A DNA stretch of 64,000 nt, from the IMG/VR virus record IMGVR_UViG_3300050821_013430, positions 372,001 to 436,000 of that record; one strand, 5' to 3'. The notes under the pieces are model-generated. The model had not been told where the DNA came from. It ran no database searches and was given only the letters and a program-made list of their open reading frames with translations. The position numbers were made by a program, and so were the translations under genes. Below, one piece after another: positions 41,537 to 49,702 of this stretch. The number at the start of each line of letters is the position of its first letter. The first letter of the stretch is position 1.

Positions 41537-41824
41537 TCAGACCTCTCCCAAGATGTCGAAGATGTTGGCCGTAGGAACCACCGGAGCGGCGGGGGTGGGA
41601 TGCTTGGCGTTGAGAGACTCCCAGCGGTTGAACTGCCCACGCACGATGACATTGCCGTTCTGATGCTTCAAAGTCTGCGCATTCCCCATCTCGGAGAACT
41701 TGGGCGGGGAAGCGGCACGATCCTGCGACACCGTGCCACGATTGTTGGATCGATTGTGGCGACGGAATCCCGACTTGCTCGCCTTGTTTTCCGACTTGTC
41801 CGCACTCTTGTTCTGCTTGGCCAT
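41537..41824 (-). CDS. basic low-complexity protein
   Basis: GGGAG SD; in tiling. Confidence 0.55.
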   Translation of the reverse strand: MAKQNKSADKSENKASKSGFRRHNRSNNRGTVSQDRAASPPKFSEMGNAQTLKHQNGNVIVRGQFNRWESLNAKHPTPAAPVVPTANIFDILGEV

Positions 41825-41860
41825 GGTAGTATCTCCCTATGCGTTGATTGGTTGAATTAC

Positions 41861-41902
41861 CTGCGATTGACTGCGAACGATTTCGCTCGGAATCAAACGC
41901 AG
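41861..41902. terminator. long imperfect intergenic hairpin
   Basis: CTGCG/CGCAG, TTGA/TCAA and CGAACGA/TCGCTCG stacked stems; function not established. Confidence 0.4.
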
Positions 41903-41953
41903 AGAATTAGAACCCAGGACGGAGCGGATATAGGTGTAGGTAAGGAGTTCAAC

Positions 41954-42634
41954 ATGAAGAGTATCGAACGAGAAAAGGCACGGGTTATGCGACAAGAAGG
42001 ACAGAGTGTTAGGGACATTGCTAAGGCGTTAGGGGTCGCCAGAAGTAGTGTCTCTGTATGGGTGAGGGATGTTGTACTTACTCAGGCGCAGATAGATGCG
42101 CTAACGACGCGCAATCCTATCTACGATAGGCAGCACAAGGGCGCGAAAGGAAGACAGCGATTAGCCAGGGAAGCACGCATTGAAGCCAGAAAAAACGGAC
42201 ACGAGGTAGCAAAACGAAAGGAATATCTGCACGCATTGGGATGTGGTCTGTACTGGGGCGAAGGAGCAAAGGATAGGGTAAGCTGTCAATTAGCCAACAG
42301 CGACCCATACTTACTGAAAGTATGGCTTCAATTCCTACATCAGTATTTCCCTGATGTGAAAACGACCCTGATCATCCATTGCTACACTGGCAACGGTCTA
42401 TCAGTTGAGGAGATAGAGAATTACTGGTCTGACACCCTCGGTATTCCTAAGGGCGATTTCAGGAAGACAAGAGTGAATCCAATAAGTAGAGCGAGCCTAC
42501 ACAAGAAGCCACAGAACACGCTTCTCTACGGTACAGCACATATCACTGCTAAGAAAGGGATGCGAATAGTTCAACACATCTTCGGGGCCATTGAGGAATA
42601 TGGTGGCTTCTCTACTGAGTTTGGGTTGGACTAA
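41954..42634 (+). CDS. HTH plus LAGLIDADG-like homing-endonuclease-type protein
   Basis: AAGGAG SD; N-terminal HTH (SVRDIAKALGVARSSVSVWV); LYWGEG...NSDP..L..W..FL. Confidence 0.75.
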   Translation: MKSIEREKARVMRQEGQSVRDIAKALGVARSSVSVWVRDVVLTQAQIDALTTRNPIYDRQHKGAKGRQRLAREARIEARKNGHEVAKRKEYLHALGCGLYWGEGAKDRVSCQLANSDPYLLKVWLQFLHQYFPDVKTTLIIHCYTGNGLSVEEIENYWSDTLGIPKGDFRKTRVNPISRASLHKKPQNTLLYGTAHITAKKGMRIVQHIFGAIEEYGGFSTEFGLD

Positions 42635-42640
42635 CTACAC

Positions 42641-42718
42641 TGGCGTCCCCATCCGGGCTCGAACCGGAACCAACAGATTGAAAGTCTGTCCGCCTAACCA
42701 GTTAGCAGATATGGGGAC
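42641..42718 (-). tRNA. tRNA-Glu(UUC)
   Basis: Acceptor GTCCCCA/TGGGGAC, G discriminator, ACAGA-CTTTCAA-TCTGT, T-loop TTCGAGC, CCA; slightly long D-arm. Confidence 0.88.
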
Positions 42719-42728
42719 ATACACTACT

Positions 42729-43109
42729 CTACTGCGGCACCAACTTCTTGATCATGTACTTGACCAAATCCCGATCAAAAGGCCACTCCTGTGTGGGAAT
42801 CTTGGCAGCAGTCAGCCATGACCGAATGATGGCCGCGCCTTTCCCACCCCAACTATGGCTCACTGCTTGTGCGGGATAGTAGGATGGATCGAGTTCATTC
42901 ACGATGAACTTCGCCACATCCTCCCCACTCCCATCTACGCCCAGGTCGTGATCCAACATCAGCAGACCGATCCGAACCGTCCCGGCTTGCAGAATCTCCT
43001 TCCCCTCATCGCAGGAGAAGGCATGCAAGACCACATGCCCCGCCGCGGTAAAGAGGTCTTCCGCCATGTCGTGCCGTGTCTGGTCATCATCCACGATCAG
43101 GATGTTCAT
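42729..43109 (-). CDS. stand-alone receiver-like domain (cyclic-phosphate-processing REC type)
   Basis: ILIVDDD...LDHDLG...G.DVA..I...VSHS; lacks the canonical REC Lys. Confidence 0.7.
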   Translation of the reverse strand: MNILIVDDDQTRHDMAEDLFTAAGHVVLHAFSCDEGKEILQAGTVRIGLLMLDHDLGVDGSGEDVAKFIVNELDPSYYPAQAVSHSWGGKGAAIIRSWLTAAKIPTQEWPFDRDLVKYMIKKLVPQ

Positions 43110-43304
43110 CTCACACCTCCTTCCCTTCCGGTTCCAGAAAGAACGCGTTGATGCGGCTCTCCTCCGTTTCCCCATCCCAGACCACATAGACCAACATGCC
43201 CCAAGTACGCTTACACACGCCCACCTTGACGTGCCACTCAGACTTGTTCTGAGCGGCGGAATGTCCCTGCACCCGATCTCCTGCCTTGACTGCGAAGAAC
43301 GCCA

Positions 43305-43550
43305 TTACCCCACCTCTCCTTTCAAGTCCTTCTCCATGTAGAAGTCCAGATACCCATTGTCGAAGAGTACGACATAGGGGTACTTGTCCGCCCGGTACAG
43401 CCCCTCCCGATTCTCATTCAGGCGAATCACCTCGCCCGGCCCATGTCCGTCCGGATAGACTCCGAAGACATGCGCCACCCGATCCCCCACCTTGAACTTC
43501 AATTCCGCCGTTTTGGGCACATTGCCTCTCGGCATCTGATATTGACTCAT
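43305..43550 (-). CDS. SH3-like protein (paralog of 31363)
   Basis: FKVGDRV...GEV..LN.N..GLY..DKYPYVV.FDNGY. Confidence 0.6.
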   Translation of the reverse strand: MSQYQMPRGNVPKTAELKFKVGDRVAHVFGVYPDGHGPGEVIRLNENREGLYRADKYPYVVLFDNGYLDFYMEKDLKGEVG

Positions 43551-43888
43551 CTCATCCTCCCAGCAGTGCATACACTGCGGTGAAACTGGCTACACAGATG
43601 TACATCGCCCGAAGAAGAGTGTCGGTAATGTCAATGTCATCCATTGTCCTACCTCTTCTTGGGTTGGGGTTCGTCGAAGTGTAATCCTTGCTCATGACTT
43701 CTCCCTCATCGGAGGCGCACTCCGGTAGATGTATGTAGTTGAGGCCAGGATGGCCCGTTCTCGTTCCTTCTGCCACCGGCCCCTCAGTGTCCGGTAATAG
43801 GCCCTCCCATCGAGGAACATACTTCGGCCCATGTAAAGCGACAGAACCGACCAGATGGCAGCAGCAATGCATGAGATGATGTACATGC

Positions 43889-44260
43889 TCACACCACCTC
43901 CCATCCCTGAGGATGCGTGGGATGGTAGTTGCAGGGGGTAGGAGCCCCACACTTGTCGCAGGTGTGGGATTGGCAGGAAGCACGGAAGAACTCCATCTCT
44001 CGCTCCCTATCCGAGGTCTGCCCCTTGGTGGGCTGAGGTGGGAGACTGGGCACTTTCCGCTCCAAGTGTCGGGGGAGGGAGGGTTGGGTGTCGGGACAGG
44101 CCTCGTCGACTTCCACGAAACGGTCTGCGGAGTAGGGCGCATATTCGCCACGATTGTCCTCCACTTCCAGCCATCCGGGCGAATAGGTGATAGCCCGATA
44201 CTCTCTCCCCACCGTTAGCGCCCCTTCCTGCTTGGCGTTATTGACGCACTTGACCTTCAT
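43889..44260 (-). CDS. SH3-like protein with C-terminal CxxC..C.YH
   Basis: MKVKCVNN...LTVGREY, similar to 18960. Confidence 0.55.
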   Translation of the reverse strand: MKVKCVNNAKQEGALTVGREYRAITYSPGWLEVEDNRGEYAPYSADRFVEVDEACPDTQPSLPRHLERKVPSLPPQPTKGQTSDREREMEFFRASCQSHTCDKCGAPTPCNYHPTHPQGWEVV

Positions 44261-44276
44261 TGTCCCACCTCTCCCT

Positions 44277-44867
44277 TCAATCGTCTTTGCAGAAGCCGTT
44301 GTTCTCATGGCGCAGGTTGGCATACTGCACCACATCCACGCACATGACATGAGGGGCTGCCTTCTGGTATTCAGGGAACATCAATGACACACCCGGTACG
44401 AAGGTGTGTTGAAGGCCTAACCCATGTCCCACTTCGTGCTGAGTGATGCCACTGAAACCTACAGCATCAATCCCATTCGCCTCCTCATCCGCCTCATCCC
44501 CAGGGACGAACACCCTCGCCCATTCGTGCCCCATGTGATCTGTCCAGTGATAGGTGGTACCCACTGCGTTAGGGTCTCCGGAGAGGCGCCGAATCTCCTC
44601 CACGCTCTCACTGGTAATGGAGAAGGCGTTGTCGCAGGACTCATCGCACATCCGCTCCTCAATCACCACATCGAAGGACAGCCCCACATTGGCAGCCTTG
44701 GACTCCCACTCATCCAGACTTTCGAGCACCATCTGCATGTGGGGTGGGTCGAAGTGGGGGCTGATGTAGACGGTGTAGTGCGAAGGAGGATTGGCGCAGG
44801 CGGTGCCGAAGACGGATGCGGCGAACATCCCCAGCAAACCACCCACACCTAATTCCAGGGTTTTCAT
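44277..44867 (-). CDS. matrixin-like metalloprotease lipoprotein (paralog of 35173)
   Basis: GTA-C; HEVGHGLGLQH; SLMFP Met-turn; shared AAPHVMC.DV.QYA. Confidence 0.85.
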   Translation of the reverse strand: MKTLELGVGGLLGMFAASVFGTACANPPSHYTVYISPHFDPPHMQMVLESLDEWESKAANVGLSFDVVIEERMCDESCDNAFSITSESVEEIRRLSGDPNAVGTTYHWTDHMGHEWARVFVPGDEADEEANGIDAVGFSGITQHEVGHGLGLQHTFVPGVSLMFPEYQKAAPHVMCVDVVQYANLRHENNGFCKDD

Positions 44868-45229
44868 CGACCTACCTCCTGGTACAGACCCACACTCAGT
44901 CTCCCAAACTCCCCCACCGCGCACATCTGGTGATAAAGGGCGAGGGCGTCATCCACTGTTGGGCACTTCTCCAAGACACCTTTGGTGCCTGTAAGGAGAT
45001 CAATGCCTCGAACGCACCACCGACCTTCTGGTAAGTGTCTGTATGCCCACTTGCGCGGACAGAGGAACCGTAGGCTCTCCTTCACCTTTCCGTTCAACTC
45101 CTCCGATGTCTCACCCTCTACCACTTGGAACAACTGTATCCAACGGTAGTCGTTGTGGGATTGCAGGGCTTCCACACTCTCGTATGGGAGACTTACCTGC
45201 TTGTCCCTGAAAACAGCCACGAATCTCAC
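44864..45229 (-). CDS. hypothetical protein
   Basis: Coupled ORF. Confidence 0.5.
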   Translation of the reverse strand: MRFVAVFRDKQVSLPYESVEALQSHNDYRWIQLFQVVEGETSEELNGKVKESLRFLCPRKWAYRHLPEGRWCVRGIDLLTGTKGVLEKCPTVDDALALYHQMCAVGEFGRLSVGLYQEVGR

Positions 45230-45474
45230 GGACTGCTCTTCTGGTCATAGGCCAGTTGCAGATTGAGCCAGAAGGCGACAGTAGAGCCTAACACCTTACT
45301 CAGGCGCTCGGCGATGTCGGGTGTGATGCTTGCTCGCTCATCCAGTAGCGCAACGATGGTGTAGGGAGGGATACCCGTTTGCCCCGCCAATTCCATTGCG
45401 CTCATGGTGAGAGGTTTGAGGTACTCCTCACGGATGACCTCACCAGGATGGATTCGTCGCATACCGTTCTTCAT
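45226..45474 (-). CDS. higA: HigA-family antitoxin (XRE HTH), orphan
   Basis: IHPGEVIREEYLKP...ITPDIAERLSKVLGSTVAFWLNLQLAYD. Confidence 0.85.
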   Translation of the reverse strand: MKNGMRRIHPGEVIREEYLKPLTMSAMELAGQTGIPPYTIVALLDERASITPDIAERLSKVLGSTVAFWLNLQLAYDQKSSP

Positions 45475-45719
45475 TGTCCTACCTTCAATTCCTTTTCGAT
45501 CTCTCCGAAGTCCCTGTCGTACTCTTCCCACGCCAGTACGATACCGTGGGAGGTGTTAGTCCAGCGCTTACCATTGAAGTCCAGGTAGGTGCCGGTGTTC
45601 TGATAATCGACCACCATTCGCGCCAACATCCGCTTGGAACGCAGCATGGTGGGGATGGGATCACATCCGGTGTACATGTGCTTACCCCTTCCTTCTCTTT
45701 CGGGGGAAATTGGCTCGAA

Positions 45720-45908
45720 TCAGTCGGAGGCATTCCTGCCAGGTGAGAACACCTGCGCCACCATCGTCCAAAACGACCCAGATGGGATCACACGCTGGGG
45801 GAGTGTTGAAGTATCCCCTGATGTATCCGTAAGTAGCCGTGGTATCGAAGTCTTGCCGCGGCTTGCTTACGGGTAGGGATGGCGAGCAGGCGAAGTAAGA
45901 TGACTGCC
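45720..45908 (-). ncRNA. structured intergenic RNA element
   Basis: About 16-bp stem 45827-45872 nested in further stems; 5' end carries GCAGTCATCTTAC. Confidence 0.45.
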
Positions 45909-45909
45909 T

Positions 45910-46119
45910 TCATTTCCCCTCCTCATACCACCTCAGGATGGCTTTGAGGGTTTCGGGGGAGAGGATGACACTTTGCATTCCCGCACCCTCACCCTGGGTG
46001 ATCTTGAAGGTGGATTCCCCATCATGTAGGGAAAGGTAGTCGATCCACTTGACCACCTCGACCTTGGGCGTCTCTTCCGCCCCACCACTGAAACACATCT
46101 TGTCGCCGATCTTGCGCAT
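45910..46119 (-). CDS. hypothetical protein
   Basis: GAGGTAAGG SD. Confidence 0.55.
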   Translation of the reverse strand: MRKIGDKMCFSGGAEETPKVEVVKWIDYLSLHDGESTFKITQGEGAGMQSVILSPETLKAILRWYEEGK

Positions 46120-46124
46120 GTTCC

Positions 46125-46307
46125 TTACCTCCCCTTCTTGGAATACACCGCCCGCAGCGAGACGATGGCCAGGGCTACGAACAGACAGGTGCTCCAGGCC
46201 ACTTCGAGGGTATTCAAGTTGAAGGCGGTGTGGGAGAGTGCGGGGAAGAAGAAGTACAGCATCCAGGTGGTGGCGATGGCAAACCCGATGGCAACGAACG
46301 CTTTCAT
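46125..46307 (-). CDS. small two-TM membrane protein (paralog of 37223)
   Basis: AF..N...V.W..CLF..LA.VSL..V..KK shared. Confidence 0.7.
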   Translation of the reverse strand: MKAFVAIGFAIATTWMLYFFFPALSHTAFNLNTLEVAWSTCLFVALAIVSLRAVYSKKGR

Positions 46308-46399
46308 GACATCCTCCGAGGTTGTGGGTGGTTGAACGCAAGTGAAACCTGCCAGCGAAGCGCCGCTTGAACAAGCGACAAGGTAAGATGACTGCGACC

Positions 46400-46696
46400 T
46401 CAGGCTGTCTTCGCCTCCTTGGCGAGCTCCCGACACACTCTGCACGGCTCCTTGTGGATGCAGGTGCCGGTCTCCTTCAATTCAGACGATTGGGCGGTGA
46501 TCTCGTACACCGTCTCCGCCTTGGGGAGCAGACCGTACTCCGAACTCGCGATGTAGGTCTTGGCAGTCGGGCCGGTGCCCAGGGTGAGAGTGGCGATCCC
46601 AGTGTAAGTAGACCAGTCCCCTTCCTTCCGATTGCCTGCCACCCCCGCCACGATTCGGAACCGTCCGTGATTGTCGTACTCGATGGTGAATTGCAT
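46400..46696 (-). CDS. hypothetical protein
   Basis: AAGGAG SD. Confidence 0.6.
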   Translation of the reverse strand: MQFTIEYDNHGRFRIVAGVAGNRKEGDWSTYTGIATLTLGTGPTAKTYIASSEYGLLPKAETVYEITAQSSELKETGTCIHKEPCRVCRELAKEAKTA

Positions 46697-46720
46697 GTGA
46701 GTATCTCCTTGTGTGGGTGG

Positions 46721-46996
46721 TTAGCGGCCGAGGTAGTCCAGCAGGTTCTCGTCTCCCCCGCCGAAGTCCTCTTCCCCACCTTGTGCGCTGCCTCGGTTGG
46801 CCTTGGGGATGATTGAGAACACGTTCATCGAAACGCGTACCTGTCCGTGCTCTCCGTCCTTTCCGCACACCCGCTGAGGGCCGCGGCTGCTGTAGATGAT
46901 CTGGCTCTTGCCGGTCTTGCTCTGTCCCACCTTCTGGCTCAAATCGAGCCGAATGGTGAGAATGTCTCCGTCCAGGCTCATATCGATCTCTTGCAT
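46721..46996 (-). CDS. small beta-rich conserved hypothetical protein
   Basis: LTIRLDLS..G.SKTGKS..I.SS.G. Confidence 0.6.
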   Translation of the reverse strand: MQEIDMSLDGDILTIRLDLSQKVGQSKTGKSQIIYSSRGPQRVCGKDGEHGQVRVSMNVFSIIPKANRGSAQGGEEDFGGGDENLLDYLGR

Positions 46997-47040
46997 GACA
47001 CTTGTTCTCCTTGTCGGTTGTTGTGGGTTGGATGTAGGGG

Positions 47041-47337
47041 TTAGGCGGACTTGAGCCACGCTGACATGTCCATGCTCTCCTCTCCCGTCTTGTAGACGGT
47101 CGAGGTGTTCTCCGGGTCGACGTTTCCGCCGTTCTGCTCCAATTCGTTCACCGTGTCGCCGAGGAGGAGGTTCAGCAGGGCGAAGCCGGAAGCATACTCC
47201 AAGACTACACGTCGGGCCTCATGGTAGTTGCCTTCCTCACCTCGGGTCTCGATCTCCGCCCGAACAGCCTTGCGGCTCAGGGCGCGAATGGGGGCGTTGC
47301 CGCAGTTGCTCTCAGCAATCCAATATGCCAGTTGCAT
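47041..47337 (-). CDS. hypothetical protein
   Basis: GGAG SD after a structured leader. Confidence 0.6.
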   Translation of the reverse strand: MQLAYWIAESNCGNAPIRALSRKAVRAEIETRGEEGNYHEARRVVLEYASGFALLNLLLGDTVNELEQNGGNVDPENTSTVYKTGEESMDMSAWLKSA

Positions 47338-47359
47338 GATGATCTCCGTTGTTGAGCCC

Positions 47360-47590
47360 CCTTGGGGGCGGTTGTCGTTTCGTATCCCAAGTTATCCCAG
47401 CAGTCAGCCCACATGAACGCAGAATGTGGCGGGGTATCGACGAGGCCCATTCCAGCCCCTCATCCCGTCTGACATTCCCACAATTACCCCCGTTGAAGGT
47501 AAAGCGGGGCTTTCATGTAGGCTGACTGCTGAGGGGCTCCCAACCGGAGCCCGCAGACCGAAACCCCCTAAGGGATACCCTTGGAGGCTT
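47360..47590 (-). ncRNA. multi-branch structured intergenic RNA
   Basis: 20-bp stem 47398-417/47512-531 (one G-U on minus); flanking hairpins GGGCTCC/GGAGCCC and GCCCCC/GGGGGC. Confidence 0.55.
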
Positions 47591-47602
47591 CAATCCGACA
47601 TC

Positions 47603-47848
47603 TCAGTCCAAGTGCCCACCCGTTCGGGGCGTAGGCACACCGTTGCTACCTCCGCCTACTTCCTGCCACGGCATTCCCGCATCATCCCAGGTTGGCGCCC
47701 CGCAAGGGATGCCTTGTTGATGCGCCGTGTAGCAGAAGTCAGGATACTGTTGCCCACCGTCATCCGCGGTGGGGGTGTAGTCTACCGGGCCCGCACCATA
47801 GGCGCAGCCGCTCAACATCACGCACGCTGCCATCAGGTATCGAGCCAT
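47603..47848 (-). CDS. small lipoprotein
   Basis: VMLSG-C; DDGG/DDAG motifs. Confidence 0.6.
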   Translation of the reverse strand: MARYLMAACVMLSGCAYGAGPVDYTPTADDGGQQYPDFCYTAHQQGIPCGAPTWDDAGMPWQEVGGGSNGVPTPRTGGHLD

Positions 47849-48126
47849 TGTTGCACCTTTGCTTCCTTTGCCTACAGTGTGGTTTTTGACGCCTTCGCAC
47901 TCTTCCGCACCTTATCCTACCTTTGCCTTCTCGAACTCCGCCAGGATCACATCCACCGATGCGATGGCTTCCTGCACCAATTCGGTCTCGATGCTGGCTT
48001 GCTCGATGTAGTCATCCGCACACATCAGCACCTTTTCCTTTCCCAGCCGGTGGATGGCAGGTAGATTGACTTCCTCCAAGGTGAGAATGCGACCGCAGAA
48101 GAAACAGCCGTAGATGTGGGCCATTG

Positions 48127-48444
48127 TCAGTACCCCATCTCGATTACTTCGTTCTCGGCCGCAATGTCAGCCTGCCTCCGACAGAAGGCGCAAGTGGGCT
48201 CACACATCCCATCGCATCCCACCTCCTCGGCTTCGGCGCTCAGGTCGAGCACCCCCGGCTCCTCCGCCATCGGCACCAGTTTCAGCACCTTGTCGTACAT
48301 CGTGTTCAGGGTGCCGTGCAGCTCCTTGTCCCCACACTCCGACATGTGGGCTCGGATGAGACGACGAAGCAGGCTCAGCTCCATCGCGGTGAATTGAGAG
48401 TCCATGTAGTCCTCCTGGGGTGGATGTGGTTGAATGTGCGCCAA
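48127..48444 (-). CDS. hypothetical protein with C-terminal Cys cluster
   Basis: Start probably MDSQF (GGAGG SD). Confidence 0.5.
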   Translation of the reverse strand: MAHIQPHPPQEDYMDSQFTAMELSLLRRLIRAHMSECGDKELHGTLNTMYDKVLKLVPMAEEPGVLDLSAEAEEVGCDGMCEPTCAFCRRQADIAAENEVIEMGY

Positions 48445-48537
48445 AGTCTGCCCCGGGCTCCCTATCTGTCCGCTTCTCTCCGGTGCGTGGGGGTCTATGG
48501 GTGGAGAGAGGCTAACAGGAGACCGAGGCAGACTTTG
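48442..48537 (-). ncRNA. structured intergenic element
   Basis: 11-bp perfect stem CAAAGTCTGCC/GGCAGACTTTG extended by nested stems. Confidence 0.45.
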
Positions 48538-48859
48538 ACGGGGGATGTGGCTAAATACCTACATCCCCCTACATGCGCCAGAAACACTTGTAGCCAGGAG
48601 CAGAACCGAAGTCCCACTCCCAGCTACTTGTCAGGGGAAGGAGAGCAAATGCTCACACTTCCGCCCATTGTCAGACAGACGGAGGAAGATGCGTACCACC
48701 TCCCCCGAGATGCCCCACTCCTCTCCCACATCGTAGGCCCAGGTAGAGAAGACGCAGCTATCGCCGATACGCACCTTGCGCTGAAAGGTAGGATGCCACA
48801 TCAGGGCCAGGCTGAACTGTACGGCGAGGTACTCCAAGGCACGGAGATGTAGGGTCATC

Positions 48860-49084
48860 TCAGTACCCCACCGGCATGAAACCTACACTCTTGCACTTGG
48901 GGCACTTGGGTGAGTCCTTGGTGATTCCCAGCCCGCGGTAGAAGGCCACACGATCGGCGGGCATAGGCTTCTTGTGATCCTTGTGCCCACATTCCTCACA
49001 CCGCCAGAACGGCTTGGGAGGTGTGATCTCACCTACGGGCATGTCGTCGCCGGACACGAAATCGTCATCGAAGTCGTTCATCAT
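48860..49084 (-). CDS. zinc-ribbon protein
   Basis: CEECG...CPKC. Confidence 0.6.
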   Translation of the reverse strand: MMNDFDDDFVSGDDMPVGEITPPKPFWRCEECGHKDHKKPMPADRVAFYRGLGITKDSPKCPKCKSVGFMPVGY

Positions 49085-49291
49085 CCCACCTCCGTGTAGT
49101 GAAAAGCGTACAGGTACGGGGGGCCATCCACCCGCACGTTCGTCCGTCGACGCACCCTCTTACCTTTGACCAACTCCTCGTACACGGGGAGCGGCTCCTG
49201 GGAGAAGATGCCATCTCGGCGCTGATGTAGGGAAGCAAGCGCCAATGCGACTACCTCGGCAGAAAAGACACCCATCATCCCACCTCCTCGT

Positions 49292-49702
49292 TCAATCCGT
49301 TGGACAACCCGACTCGTACCACATGGTACGAGCATCGTCTGCTCTGTCTTGCGCCACCTGACGTTGGTACTTGAGGTACGCAGCCAGGTGCTCCTTCTGC
49401 TCCGGTGTGGTACAAGCGTCCCCATCCACCACCAGAACCACGTTCTTGCCCCCACACACCTCACAGGGGACGTCGTACATCCCACCTCGTGAGAAGTAGG
49501 CTTCCCTTTCCTCACTGCCGGGCTCGAACGCCTCGTCGAACTCCTCTTGTGAGTAGGCGTGGTTGCCGATGCTCGGTGTCAGGTGAGTGCCGTGTCCATC
49601 GCACTTGGAGCACACTTCGTGCTTGTGTGGGAGGAGTGCGACCACCTCGTCCCCGGTTTCGACGTCGTGGTAGGTGACTTCCCGACTTTGGGGCCGCATC
49701 AT
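49292..49702 (-). CDS. DnaJ-type zinc-finger phage protein
   Basis: CSKCDGHG...YDVPCEVCGG. Confidence 0.6.
   Translation of the reverse strand: MMRPQSREVTYHDVETGDEVVALLPHKHEVCSKCDGHGTHLTPSIGNHAYSQEEFDEAFEPGSEEREAYFSRGGMYDVPCEVCGGKNVVLVVDGDACTTPEQKEHLAAYLKYQRQVAQDRADDARTMWYESGCPTD

Noticed and set aside
41900-41930. T-loop-like GGTTCTAATTC suggesting a split or second tRNA
   Set aside because: The T-stem does not pair, and there is no acceptor or anticodon arm.
41534-41953. N-terminal 140 aa of the 366-aa ORF 41534-42634
   Set aside because: Antisense shadow of gene 41537-41824; a strong AAGGAG-ATG at 41954 marks the real start.
44864-45677. HigB toxin next to higA
   Set aside because: The flanking ORFs lack RelE/HigB features.
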